Below are positions 1-10,129 of a stretch of 32,000 nucleotides of DNA, piece after piece; position 1 is the first letter of the stretch, and each line of letters starts with the position of its first letter. The DNA is taken from contig NZ_CP025989.1 of assembly GCF_003072485.1 (NCBI RefSeq), positions 360,001-392,000 on the forward strand, given 5' to 3'. A model generated the notes under the pieces. The model made no database searches, was not told the DNA's origin, and worked only from the letters and a program-made list of their open reading frames with translations. The position numbers were made by a program, and so were the translations under genes. This DNA is from Candidatus Fokinia solitaria (GTDB taxonomy: Bacteria > Pseudomonadota > Alphaproteobacteria > Rickettsiales > Midichloriaceae).

Positions 1-510
1 ATCCATAGTCTTGTACTCTTCATTACTTCTTAGCCATCGTGCAGATTTAGAAAAGTATTGAAGCCATTCATCGGTGTATTTCAAAACGCTTTTACTACAA
101 TGATCGTTGAATTTTTGTATACCGAGATCTTCTATTTGAGCTTTTCCTATGATATTTAACTCTTTTTCCGCTTCAAGTTCTGCTGGTAAGCCATGGCAAT
201 CCCAACCGAGCTTAAATATGACTTTTTTACCTAGCATTGTATGATATCGTACGAAGCAATCTTTAATATACGATGTTAGTATGTGTCCCCAGTGAGGCAT
301 GCCATTCGCAAATGGAGGACCATCATGAAAAGCAATTTCATCACCGTCTTTATTTAGCACAAGAGAACTTATCTGATTTTCTTGCCAGTATTTTTGGATT
401 TGTTTTTCAATTTCGGAAAAATTACTGTGTAACGATAAATCCGAAAATGCCGTAACGGTATCTAAGTGAACGATATCGATATTATTGTTTTTAGAAGTGG
501 ATTTTCTCAT
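1..510 (-). CDS. ileS: Isoleucyl-tRNA synthetase, N-terminal part (gene continues past the window start)
   Basis: Own translation from ATG at 510: MRKSTSKNNNIDIVHLDTV...FHDGPPFANGMPHWGHILTSYIKDCFVRYHTMLGKKVIFKLGWDCHGLPAELEAEKELNIIGKAQIEDLGIQKFNDHCSK. Contains the class I aaRS HIGH-like motif (HWGH) and the IleS GWDCHGLPAE block. Open to base 1, so absent from the ORF track. Confidence 0.93.
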   Translation of the reverse strand, partial: MRKSTSKNNNIDIVHLDTVTAFSDLSLHSNFSEIEKQIQKYWQENQISSLVLNKDGDEIAFHDGPPFANGMPHWGHILTSYIKDCFVRYHTMLGKKVIFKLGWDCHGLPAELEAEKELNIIGKAQIEDLGIQKFNDHCSKSVLKYTDEWLQYFSKSARWLRSNEEYKTMD

Positions 511-694
511 CTATATTTTAAGACGCATTCTATAGCGAACGACATTGTACTGTATAGACTGAAAATCATCAATAAAAGTGTGTTTTAAGCAGTATCATAT
601 GCGTTATATGATTTGCTGAGAAGTTTTAAATAAGCTACGTATCGCTTGCTGTTTCAAACCAGCAAGTGATACATATTGCGCGTGTTCGTAAGAA

Positions 695-1755
695 TTATTC
701 TCCGTGACACTGTTTACTGTTAAATTTGCAGTAGTATTGTTGTAATTTCTCCAATTCTTCTTTCCATTTTTTTAAGACATGTTCTGCACTTTCAGAATGT
801 AAACCTGCAATTGTAGTAGCATTTGTATGAGCATTCTGTAGCATTTCTTGCACGATATTCACAAAATGATGATATGGCGCTGTAGCACAGTGTTCTTGAG
901 CGCCGTTTGTTCCGCATTTATTCACGAAATTTTTAATATGTTCGCACATTGCTGACATTGCTTCATGATATTTTTTAGCAGTCTTCAATATGTGATGTGG
1001 AGTATCATGTTTTTCCATGGATTGAGCGAAATCGCTGTTTCCTTCGATTTTTTTGTAGAGATCATGAGCCGCATGAGGATGGTTATGCATGAAATGAGCC
1101 GCATGAGCCGCCAAGTGAGGATGTTGGTACATGAAATGTGCTGAGGTTCGGGAGAAGATTGAAAGAAGGCCTTGAGGCGCGAGGGTGATCCGAGATGGGG
1201 GAAGGAGTCGGGGAGAGGGGTGGTTGGGAGAGGAGGGGTTAATGGTGGGGCTAGGAACGGGGTTTGGTTGTTTGGGAAGAAATGGGAAGTGGAAGAGCGC
1301 TATGATTGTTTGAGGCAATGAGCCGCATCAGATGGTTATGGATAAATGAGCGCATGACCGCCAAGTTATGATGTTGGTACATGAATTTCGCTAAATGCGT
1401 ATGACTGTGGCGAAGTGAGCCGCATGAGGATGGTTATGCATGAAGAGCGCATGAGCCGCCAAGTGAGGATGTTGTACATGAAGTTCGCCAAGTGCGGATG
1501 ACTGTGGAGGAAATGAGCTAAATGAGGATGGTTATGCATGAAATGAGCTGCATGAGCCGCCAAGTGAGGATGTTGGTACATGAAGTGCGCCAAGTGCGGA
1601 TGACTGTGGAGGAAATGAGCTAAATGAGGGTGATTATGCATGAAATGAGCTGCATGAGCCGCCAAGTGAGGATGTTGGTACATGAAGTGTGCTAAATGCG
1701 GATGACTGTGGAGGAAATGATGATGTGCTTCCATATCGTTATGTAAATATGACAT
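695..1755 (-). pseudogene. His-rich tandem-repeat protein gene, apparently fragmented (ORFs 1366..1755 and 695..1318)
   Basis: Both ORFs share HPHLAHFMYQHPHLAAHAAHFMHN units. The upstream ORF loses the repeat register near 1450-1475, and the downstream ORF enters it only after an unrelated Pro-rich segment encoded by a G-rich (+ strand) tract. The C-terminal non-repeat domain is ...HDLYKKIEGNSDFAQSMEKHDTPHHILKTAKKYHEAMSAMCEHIKNFVNKC.... Confidence 0.55.
1072..1740 (-). repeat. Tandem repeat, ~102 bp period (34-aa unit HPHLAHFMYQ-HPHLAAHAAHFMHN-HPHLAHFLHS), degenerate towards the left
   Basis: Recurring 'catgagccgccaagtgaggatgttggtacatgaagtgcgccaagtgcggatgactgtggaggaaatgagctaaatgaggatggttatgcatgaaatgagctg' in the + strand reading, with small indels in left-hand copies (e.g. 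gttgtacatg versus gttggtacatg). Confidence 0.85.
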
Positions 1756-2309
1756 ATTAATGATATTGATTTGATTAATAATATACTACTATCTTAATAT
1801 CATTTTTATATAAGAACAAGGTATAATAGTAAATTATTTATTTTCTTTTATAATTTAAGGGAGAAATTTTATTCTTATAAATGTATTGAATATTGAAGAA
1901 TAGTGAATTTTCTCATATACGAGAGCAGTACTTCCATCAAAGTGAAAATGCAAAAGAAAAAAAATATACTTTTCTGTGTGATGCTATAGAGCATTAATTA
2001 TTAAAAAAGCAATTATAAAATGCAGATTCTCTTAAAAAAGATAAAAACGGAAGCTAATGTATATTAGTATACTAAGAGTACGATATATTAAAATATTAAA
2101 GCGAAGCGGTAGAGATAGTTGTTTATCAATCATTTCCGATACGTTTTTTTTGATTCTCTTCAGTATTTTTCTTCAAAGTATAATGAATCTCTTTACTTAA
2201 ACGTGATTCTAAGTCTTTCGGCTATTAGTACGAAGATAAAAATTTCAGCATAGTGGAAGAGTTTAAAGTTTCTCAGAAATATGATGCTTATAACTATTCA
2301 AAGAGCAAT

Positions 2310-3812
2310 TTATGTTATAATTCTATTGTCTTTTATTGATGTAGAGTACTTGGCGCCCATCTTATATGCGATAAATATCCATAAAGCGCATGCGATAGAG
2401 ATGAATATATCATTGCTTAGCAAGACTAAAAATGTACCGACTTTAGTTGCTATGTTCGAGCTGAAGTAGTTGAATATATTTGTAATTGCTTTAGCGCCTT
2501 TAATTGCGAATGCATCAAGAACAAACTTTGATTTTAGTTGTATATCGCGCGAAGTAATAATGTATAAACTCTCTCTAATAGGAGTATTTAAGCTATAGCT
2601 TAAAGCATGTAGTATGACATAAGCGTATATAATAAAATGTGCGTTGAATATGTAAAATCCTAGTAGTACTGCTGTTATCAGAGGCATTATCAACAAAGCC
2701 TTTGCTGTACCTAGCGTTCTCATCACACCATTTGTTAGAAATATGGAAAGTAAAAAGCCTACAAAATGCATGTATAAAATTTGAATATAAGAACCACTCG
2801 CTATTTGACTCACTGAATTGATAGAGCCAGTACTTTTAAGTTTTATGCTTGAGCTAACGAGTAATATGATTCTTTGGAAACTTACAAATTCTGTTATTAA
2901 TTCCAAGCAGAAAATTAATCCAAATATTCCAAGTACATACCTATTGTGTAAGATGAGTCTTACTCCTAAAAAGATGCCTGTTTTAGAAATTTTTTCAGAA
3001 AGTATAGAAGTACCGAGATATCCCTCGAAAACATTTCTTTTGAAAAGTTTTGTTGCAATCAATAGAGTGATAAGTGCCGTAAAGAGCATCGTAATAGCAT
3101 ACGTTATGACGAGCTTTATTTTCTGTATATCAGTTGTGCATCCAAGCATTTGATCAAAAAACCCTTTCATGATGCAATGCGCTACGTATACTGATATCAT
3201 TCCTCCAATTTTAGAGCAAGATACTATAAATCCGTATATTCTTTCCGAGCTTTTAGGATTATTAATAGAGTTTACGAAAGCCCAAAATGTACTCACCAAA
3301 AATACCATATATCCTTCAGAGAACATGAAAAATGTCCAAGATGCCGCCTTTTCTCTGAAAGTAAGAAATGGTAATGACTCAGCATTCATCTTATCGAACG
3401 GCACTACGAATAAAAGTAGCAGTCCAAGAGCGATCCACATGCATATGTATAACTTCAGAAGTGATATTCGTCTTACTCTATCAGCGAGGTAAGCATCTAT
3501 AAAAATCCACGGAAATAGTAATCCTAATGTCGTGAGTTTTGCTAATGGTACGTTTTTTACTCCGACCAATGCAGAGAATACGATATTTTGCAATTCATGT
3601 ACGACGGAGTATGAGCCTATCAGCATTGCAAAGAGAAAACCGCTTAAAAGAAGTTTTTTCCCCTCTATTGCGTTAAGAGAGAAGAATCGTACGAAGAGGT
3701 GTTTAAAGTTGAATCCACGCGTAGTTACATACAACTTCTTTGAGATATTTTTCAGAGTACTAGCGGATTCTCCTGCTATAGACGATAGTCGTTTTATTAT
3801 TGGTACCTTCAT
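2310..3812 (-). CDS. TLC/NTT-like nucleotide (ATP/ADP) carrier, multi-pass membrane protein
   Basis: 500 aa, very hydrophobic with ~11-12 TM-like segments. The overall layout and 'FWAFVNSINNPKSSERIYGFIVSCSKIGGMIS' resemble the TLC ATP/ADP translocase family. Recognition is from memory of family features and was not searched. Confidence 0.5.
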   Translation of the reverse strand: MKVPIIKRLSSIAGESASTLKNISKKLYVTTRGFNFKHLFVRFFSLNAIEGKKLLLSGFLFAMLIGSYSVVHELQNIVFSALVGVKNVPLAKLTTLGLLFPWIFIDAYLADRVRRISLLKLYICMWIALGLLLLFVVPFDKMNAESLPFLTFREKAASWTFFMFSEGYMVFLVSTFWAFVNSINNPKSSERIYGFIVSCSKIGGMISVYVAHCIMKGFFDQMLGCTTDIQKIKLVITYAITMLFTALITLLIATKLFKRNVFEGYLGTSILSEKISKTGIFLGVRLILHNRYVLGIFGLIFCLELITEFVSFQRIILLVSSSIKLKSTGSINSVSQIASGSYIQILYMHFVGFLLSIFLTNGVMRTLGTAKALLIMPLITAVLLGFYIFNAHFIIYAYVILHALSYSLNTPIRESLYIITSRDIQLKSKFVLDAFAIKGAKAITNIFNYFSSNIATKVGTFLVLLSNDIFISIACALWIFIAYKMGAKYSTSIKDNRIIT

Positions 3813-3995
3813 GTGTTTTGACCGAAATGTATCATAATTTTACCATGAGTCAAGTATCTATTGTCATCCACAGTGAGTTTTATGATAGCCTTTATGAAAT
3901 CGTTATATCAATTGAAGTAGAGTATCTTATCGTAAGTACAAGTGAAAACACGTAGCGAAATTACTCGTAAAAGATTGAAGCATTTTAAAATTACG

Positions 3996-6191
3996 TCAAT
4001 TTTTCCCTATTACTTCCCTTTTACCAGAGTGACTAGGAGAGGTAACGATACCTTCTTTTTCCATTCTTTCCACTATACTTGCAGCTTTATTGTATCCTAT
4101 TCTAAAAAATCTCTGAACATAGCTGATACTTACGCGATTTTCTTTGATAACCATTTGTACTGCATCGCGATATAGTTTCTCATCTTCATTTTGAATATGT
4201 TCGCCGTGAGAATGAGCATTGTAATTTTGAAAGTAATTACTTTGATTATGCGTGTTTTCTTTTGAATTACTTGTACTATAGCTTTCATTTTCCGTGTAGT
4301 AAGCAGGTCTTCCTATGCTACGAAGAAAGTCCGCAACTTTTTCAACATCTTTATCATTCACAAACGGTGCATGTATGCGAGTGGCCTTCTTTCCTGGTAT
4401 AACGTATAGCATATCTCCTCTTCCTAGTAGTTGTTCAGCACCATTCTCTCCTATAATAGTTCTACTGTCTATTTTAGAAGCGACTTGAAAACTTATTCTA
4501 GTTGGAAAATTAGCTTTTATAATTCCCGTTACTACATCTACAGAAGGTCTCTGAGTTGCCATTATGATATGCATGCCAGATGCGCGTGCCATCTGTGCTA
4601 AGCGTTGTATACATTCTTCTACTTCCTTACCTGCAACTAGCATTAGATCTGCCATCTCATCTACTATGATGACGATATACGGAATTTTCTCTTTCTTGAA
4701 TGATACTTTTTCAAAAATTGGATTTTTACTCTCTTCATCGAATCCGACTTGCATGTGTTTGACTATTTCGTCTGAAGTAGTGCGATCTATCATATCGTTA
4801 TATGCCGTTATATTTCTTACGCCTAGAAGCGACATCATTCTATATCTTCTTTCCATCTCGTTAATTGCCCATCTTAAGGCTTCTACTGCGACTCTCGGAT
4901 CTGTTACAACAGGCATTGCAAGATGAGGGATGTCTCTATAGACAGAGAGTTCAAGCATCTTAGGGTCTATCATGATAAACTTACACTCTTCCGGAGTATA
5001 TTTATACAGAATTGAAAGTATCATATTGTTTACTGCTACCGATTTTCCGGAGCCTGTAGTACCTGCCATCAACAGATGCGGCATAGCAGCAAGATCGGCT
5101 ACATGAGGTGCACCTGAGATTGTTTGACCGAGAATGAGTGGTATTTTCGCTTCCGTATGAGTATAACTGTAGTGCGCTAATAGCATTCTTAATGAGACGA
5201 GATCGCGTACTTTATTAGGTAGTTCTATACCTAGTGCATTATTTTCCGATATTATGGAAATTCTTGCAGATTCACATTTCATGGATCTTGCTATATCTTC
5301 GGCTAATCCTATAACTCTTGAAGCTTTTGTCCCTGCAGATGGTTCAAGTTCATATAATGTTACGAGAGGGCCTTTTGCTTTAGATACTATTTTTCCTTGA
5401 ATACCGAAGTCATGAAGGATGTGCATCAAATCATCTGATCGATCTTCATCATCGAGGCTTTTATATGAATTATCCTCTAGAAGAATGAGAGGCGGTATCT
5501 TACTGAAATTCGTTTTATCCTTCTGTTTTTGAGAAAATTCGATTTTTCTATTGCTGAATGTTACCTTTTTCAGTTCACCTTTTTCAGGAGTGAAGTTTTC
5601 TTTCTTTTTGCCGCATAAGGATAATATGTATTTTAGTATTGCCAGAACTCTTATTCGTATGGAAAATGCTATAAATAGAACTACGATACTAAATAAAAGA
5701 AAGATAACACCTACTGCATGAAATGGAAAGGTACTACCTAAAAGATGCAATAAGTAGAATCCGAGATATCCTCCATAATAATACTTTATATTCATCTTAT
5801 ACGACGGCATTGTGTCTTCAATAGCAGGAAATAAAGCAATTTTTTCAAAGATATATGTAGTGCAGGTACAGGCTAGAGGTAATAAAATGAATAATGCTGA
5901 GAGATTGTAATCTCTAATCAGCGCATTACCATTCAATAGCCTTTTTATATTATGAAATAAGAAGAACAGTGGTATTGTGAACGATATGATACCAAACGCT
6001 TGAAAGGAAAATTCGAGTATTGATGTAGCTGCGAGATTGAGGTAAGTGACGGTAGCATGCGTATGCTGATTTTTTGACGATACATAGAGAAAAGATTCAT
6101 GATCATGCATCCAGAAATCGATTCCGAATATTGTGATAGATACAGTTAGAAGTAGAAATCCGTATACTATGAGCTTGTCCGTAAAGTTCAT
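3996..6191 (-). CDS. ftsK: DNA translocase FtsK
   Basis: 731 aa. N-terminal TM segments, Walker A GTTGSGKSVAVNNMI, 'IPYIVIIVDEMADLMLVAGKEVEECIQRLAQMARASGMHIIMATQRPSVDVVTGIIKANFPTRISFQVASKIDSRTIIGENGAEQLLGRGDMLY', and a C-terminal gamma-like winged helix (ISYVQRFFRIGYNKAASIVERMEKEGIV). Confidence 0.97.
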   Translation of the reverse strand: MNFTDKLIVYGFLLLTVSITIFGIDFWMHDHESFLYVSSKNQHTHATVTYLNLAATSILEFSFQAFGIISFTIPLFFLFHNIKRLLNGNALIRDYNLSALFILLPLACTCTTYIFEKIALFPAIEDTMPSYKMNIKYYYGGYLGFYLLHLLGSTFPFHAVGVIFLLFSIVVLFIAFSIRIRVLAILKYILSLCGKKKENFTPEKGELKKVTFSNRKIEFSQKQKDKTNFSKIPPLILLEDNSYKSLDDEDRSDDLMHILHDFGIQGKIVSKAKGPLVTLYELEPSAGTKASRVIGLAEDIARSMKCESARISIISENNALGIELPNKVRDLVSLRMLLAHYSYTHTEAKIPLILGQTISGAPHVADLAAMPHLLMAGTTGSGKSVAVNNMILSILYKYTPEECKFIMIDPKMLELSVYRDIPHLAMPVVTDPRVAVEALRWAINEMERRYRMMSLLGVRNITAYNDMIDRTTSDEIVKHMQVGFDEESKNPIFEKVSFKKEKIPYIVIIVDEMADLMLVAGKEVEECIQRLAQMARASGMHIIMATQRPSVDVVTGIIKANFPTRISFQVASKIDSRTIIGENGAEQLLGRGDMLYVIPGKKATRIHAPFVNDKDVEKVADFLRSIGRPAYYTENESYSTSNSKENTHNQSNYFQNYNAHSHGEHIQNEDEKLYRDAVQMVIKENRVSISYVQRFFRIGYNKAASIVERMEKEGIVTSPSHSGKREVIGKN

Positions 6192-6289
6192 GATTATTAA
6201 CTTTTTGAATGCAGCTATTGCATGTACTGTTTACTTGATTAAATTATAAGTAGCAACAATACAATGGCTAAGATAAATCAAAAACTTAT

Positions 6290-6805
6290 ATGAATGACGC
6301 AAAGGAATTCGATATCATGATCGAAATTAAACGAGGAAGTAATGTAAAATATGAATTTGATGCTGATTACAGATGCTTGAGATTAGATAGAATACTTCCT
6401 ACTAGTATGGTATTTCCTGTTTCTTATGGTTTTTTTACGGAAGTAAAAGGAGAGGATGGAGATCCATTGGATGCTTTACTGATGTCTTCTTCCGATATTT
6501 CTAACGGTATTGTAATAAAAGGGAGAGTAATAGGAGTAATGCGTATGGAAGATGAGAAAGGAATTGATGACAAGATATTATTAGTGCCATCAAAAAAAAT
6601 AGATAAAATGATGTCTCATGTAGATTCTTATTTATCTCTCAATGCTGAATTACTGGAACAGATAGAACATTTCTTTACACATTACAAGGATATGGAGAAA
6701 AAAGACGGAAAATGGGTGAAGGTTCTAGGATGGAGAGATTCTAACGAAGCGTTTCGAATTATCGAAGATTGCTTACAAAAATACGGCCCTCAAAAATTTA
6801 TGTAA
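6290..6805 (+). CDS. ppa: Inorganic pyrophosphatase
   Basis: 171 aa, 'MIEIKRGSNVKYEFD...LRLDRILPTSMVFPVSYGFFTEVKGEDGDPLDALLMSSSDISNGIVIKGRVIGVMRMEDEKGIDDKI' is the canonical Ppa signature region. Confidence 0.96.
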   Translation: MNDAKEFDIMIEIKRGSNVKYEFDADYRCLRLDRILPTSMVFPVSYGFFTEVKGEDGDPLDALLMSSSDISNGIVIKGRVIGVMRMEDEKGIDDKILLVPSKKIDKMMSHVDSYLSLNAELLEQIEHFFTHYKDMEKKDGKWVKVLGWRDSNEAFRIIEDCLQKYGPQKFM

Positions 6806-6820
6806 TTATTAATAATTTCG

Positions 6821-7943
6821 ATGTCTTCAGAATTTATAAGCGCAAAAAGATTGCAGGAGTTAATAGCGGAATCGATAGGTGTAATTCAAAGATTTCTTTG
6901 AAGTCAATAATATCGCGAAAGAATTAGAAGAGCTTGATGAGAAGATACAATCTCAGGACTTATGGAGTGATACAAAGCTTGCCTCTTCATTATTGCGAAG
7001 ACGTAGTGTACTTGTTGAATATGTGGATAACTACAAGAGCATAGTAGATGAGTTTGAGGTGATGACAGCGCTTGCTGCTGAATGCCGTGAAGATGAAGTT
7101 GATGAGGAAGTTTACAAAGAACTTTGCAGAATACAGAAATTTTCCCGTGACATAGAAGTAGCTACTCTTTTTAGAGATGAGCAGGATTATGGCAATTGTA
7201 TATTAGAAATTCATTCTGGCGCAGGTGGCACGGAAAGCGATGACTGGGCGGAGATGTTGCTGAGAATGTATTCAAGATGGTCAGAGAGTAAACGTTATTC
7301 TTCTTCCATCTCTTATATGCTGCATGGAGAAGAAGCAGGAATAAAATCTGTAACTGTGAAAATAGAAGGGAAAATGGCGTATGGCTTACTTAAGACGGAA
7401 AATGGAGTACATAGGTTAGTTAGAATTTCACCTTTTAATAAGGAGAGGAAGAGACATACAAGTTTTGCAAGTGTTACTGTTGTGCCTTTGATTGATGACG
7501 ATTTTAGTATAGATATTAATGAATCTGAGTTACGTATTGATACTTATAGATCATCAGGAGCAGGGGGGCAGCATGTCAATACTACCGATAGTGCGGTGAG
7601 GATTGTGCATCTTCCTAGTGGTATCACTGTGCAGTGTCAAAATAATAGATCTCAACATAAGAATAAAGAAGAATGCATGAGAGTCTTAAGATCTAAGTTA
7701 TATGCATTAGAATTGAAACGGAGAAGTGAAGCTAAAAACAGTATGGAAGAAGATAAATTACAAATAGGATGGGGGTCTCAAATACGTTCATACGTTTTAC
7801 ATCCATATCAGATGGTGAAGGACTTAAGAACAGGTTATCATGAAGGAGATGCACAGAGTGTGCTTGATGGTAGTATAGACGATTTTATAAAGCATACTCT
7901 GCGTCATATGATCTCAAGTGAAGAGTGTGAAAAGAAAAAGTAA
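6821..7943 (+). CDS. prfB: Peptide chain release factor 2, likely decoded with a +1 frameshift at CTT TGA (6896-6901)
   Basis: ATG at 6821 opens 26 codons ending CTT then TGA. A +1 shift gives ...IQRFLEVNNIAKELEELDEKIQSQDLWSDTKLASSLLRRRSVLVEYVD, which continues into the track ORF at 6993. The GGQ motif is present in '(YRSS)GAGGQHVNTTDSAVRIVHLPSG'. Confidence 0.92.
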
Positions 7944-8235
7944 GGTTTAATGGAAAATATTCTTTTAATATCGCATTTTACTTAACGTATATTTGATTAG
8001 GTGCCTTCTGATACTTTGGTGCTTAACAACAGATTGGTATAAACTTATCTTATCTTCATGAAAGCACTTATATTCTTCCATAAACGATGAGTAATTGACA
8101 ATAGTGTAGTCGGTAATGACATCAGTACTTGTATATGATTCTTTTCTACTACTAAAGATCTAGATTACTCAACTCTCACATACATAACAAAAATGAGATA
8201 GATATAATTGCTTTCTCAAAATTTCTACACAGATC

Positions 8236-8604
8236 TTACTTACCTTTCTTAGCTTGCATAAAGCTTACGGATACTAAATTTTCTCTTCCAAATATTGATA
8301 GTGTTACACCAAGTGTAGATTTTTCTTTATCTACAGATTGCACTATCCCTAAAAAGCCCTCAAATGCTCCTTCTACAATACTAACATTATCTCCAATACA
8401 AAACTCCGGTATAGCATCAAGCATTTCTCTCTTACTTTGTACTGAATTCAACATCGTTTGTACTTCCTCTTCTGTAATTGGAGATGGCGACGAACCTCCT
8501 AAGAAGCCTGAAACATGATTAGTATCTCTGAGAAATTTTATCAATTCATCGGATATCTTAGAAATCTTGAGAAAAACGTATCCAGGAAGTGCTCTTTTCA
8601 CCAT
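8236..8604 (-). CDS. nusG: NusG-like protein, N-terminally truncated
   Basis: 122 aa retaining 'LPGYVFLKI...TNHVSGFLGGSSPSPITEEEV' and the KOW region 'FCIGDNVSIVEGAFEGFLGIVQSVDKEK...LSIFGRENLVSVSF'. There is an in-frame TAA at 8620-8622, six codons upstream of the ATG, and the next gene ends at 8639. Confidence 0.75.
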   Translation of the reverse strand: MVKRALPGYVFLKISKISDELIKFLRDTNHVSGFLGGSSPSPITEEEVQTMLNSVQSKREMLDAIPEFCIGDNVSIVEGAFEGFLGIVQSVDKEKSTLGVTLSIFGRENLVSVSFMQAKKGK

Positions 8605-8638
8605 CTCTTTTTTTCTGATTTATCAGTATACGGTATTC

Positions 8639-9196
8639 TTAGTACTTCTGATTATTGATATCGACTATTAATTCTCGCATCTCATCTGCATTGTTCACTA
8701 CTGTATAATGACACGAAGACATTCCTGAACTATCTAATTCGCATAGTCCTATCTCCTCTCCTTGTTCTACTATACCTTTCCAGAAATTTTTATGATTGAG
8801 TAAAAGAAGTGGTTTTGAGTGTAAGCCAAGTTTCTTCGCTACAACAATTTCGAAAAATTCGTCCAATGTACCATATCCTCCAGGTAGTGTAAGAAAAGCA
8901 TCAGAACGTTCTATTATCATATGTTTTCTCGAGAAAAGGCAAGGAGTCAAGATTGTTTCCGAAATACCAGTATGTCTCTCAGATTCTATGAGAGATATTT
9001 CCGGAAAGATACCTACTACTCTACCACCTAAACTAAGTGCAGTATCAGCGATAACACCCATCAGACCTCTATTGCCTCCACCATAAACGATAGTAATATC
9101 GAGTTCACAAAGATATGTTGCCACTCTAACGGCAAGATCTACAAAATCTCCTGTTCCAGATCTTGCACCACAAAAGATCCCGATACTTTTTATCAT
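8639..9196 (-). CDS. LOG family (TIGR00730-type, 'lysine decarboxylase-like') nucleoside 5'-monophosphate phosphoribohydrolase
   Basis: GIFCGARSG..., VYGGGNRGLMGVIAD, SRKHMIIERSDAFLTLPGGYGTLDEFFEI. Confidence 0.9.
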   Translation of the reverse strand: MIKSIGIFCGARSGTGDFVDLAVRVATYLCELDITIVYGGGNRGLMGVIADTALSLGGRVVGIFPEISLIESERHTGISETILTPCLFSRKHMIIERSDAFLTLPGGYGTLDEFFEIVVAKKLGLHSKPLLLLNHKNFWKGIVEQGEEIGLCELDSSGMSSCHYTVVNNADEMRELIVDINNQKY

Positions 9197-9297
9197 ATGA
9201 ACTACAAAAAACTTTTGTAGATTGTATTACACATAACGTGAAAGCGCAATAAAATGTGTGATAGTGATAGATAATTGTAAGAATTTCGCGGAGTCGA

Positions 9298-9978
9298 TTA
9301 TAAAAAGCCCATTGTTTGTAGTTTCTGAAGTAGTTCATTTTCAGAGTGCACTATAGGAACGTTCATTTCTTTTATTTTTTCTAAGTACTCATTTCTTTTT
9401 GCGTGACACCCTCCGACGAATGCGAGTACTGGTACCTTAGCGGCAAGCGCTGCACTAATGCCAGGTACACTATCTTCTATAACAACGCAATATTGTGGCT
9501 CTGTATCATGCTGTTTTATAGCGTGTAAGAATAAATCCGGAAATGGTTTCGGTCTCGCTACGTCTTCTGCCGTGAAGATTTTACCTTTGTCAAAGAATTC
9601 GCTTTGTCCGGTATTTTCCAGTATTTTCTCGATCGTACTGAAATTATTATTAGAGGCGATGCATTTTAGAATATTACCATTATGCAATGCTTTTATCACG
9701 TTTAGTATAAGCGGTTGTGATTCTTCTGTTACGGCTTTACTCATTTCGCTTAGCCATTCTTTTGTGAAATGTTCTGGTAAAGACAATCCATGTTCTTCTA
9801 GTAGTGCTGTGATACTTTGAAAATGCTGACCGAAGAGACTTCCAAGTATCTGTTTTGCTTGAGCGTTTTGTATTTCATCAAATGGCAGATTGTCGAGCTT
9901 TTTTTGATTAATTTTCGCTACCACTATCTCGCTATTGACTATCACTCCATCAAAGTCAAATATTACAACTTTATTCAT
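9298..9978 (-). CDS. HAD-superfamily hydrolase (beta-phosphoglucomutase/phosphatase-like)
   Basis: N-terminal VIFDFDGVIVNSE (HAD motif I), VIKALHNGNILKCIASNN (motif II), 'AEDVARPKPFPDLFLHA' and 'YCVVIEDSVPGISAALAAKVPVLAF' (motifs III/IV). Confidence 0.9.
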   Translation of the reverse strand: MNKVVIFDFDGVIVNSEIVVAKINQKKLDNLPFDEIQNAQAKQILGSLFGQHFQSITALLEEHGLSLPEHFTKEWLSEMSKAVTEESQPLILNVIKALHNGNILKCIASNNNFSTIEKILENTGQSEFFDKGKIFTAEDVARPKPFPDLFLHAIKQHDTEPQYCVVIEDSVPGISAALAAKVPVLAFVGGCHAKRNEYLEKIKEMNVPIVHSENELLQKLQTMGFL

Positions 9979-10129
9979 TCATCTTTGTAAATCATAATAA
10001 CCCCTTATTGTGCTTATCAATTTCTATAATATCAAGATATAAAATACATTTACTTGAGATTTAGCGGATAATCAAATTGAGTATATGATTTCTAGTACAT
10101 GTATGTTACGATCTACTAAAAATTAGTTT

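Noticed and set aside
273-455. Plus-strand ORF of 60 aa
   Set aside because: Lies fully within the antisense strand of a convincing ileS coding region.
1072-1740. CRISPR array
   Set aside because: The ~102-bp period is a contiguous protein-coding tandem repeat with no unique spacers; no cas genes in the window.
2281-4926. Plus-strand ORFs at 2281, 2818, 3169, 3532, 3942 and 4564
   Set aside because: Antisense shadows of the NTT-like carrier and ftsK genes; compositions are not protein-like compared with the minus-strand genes.
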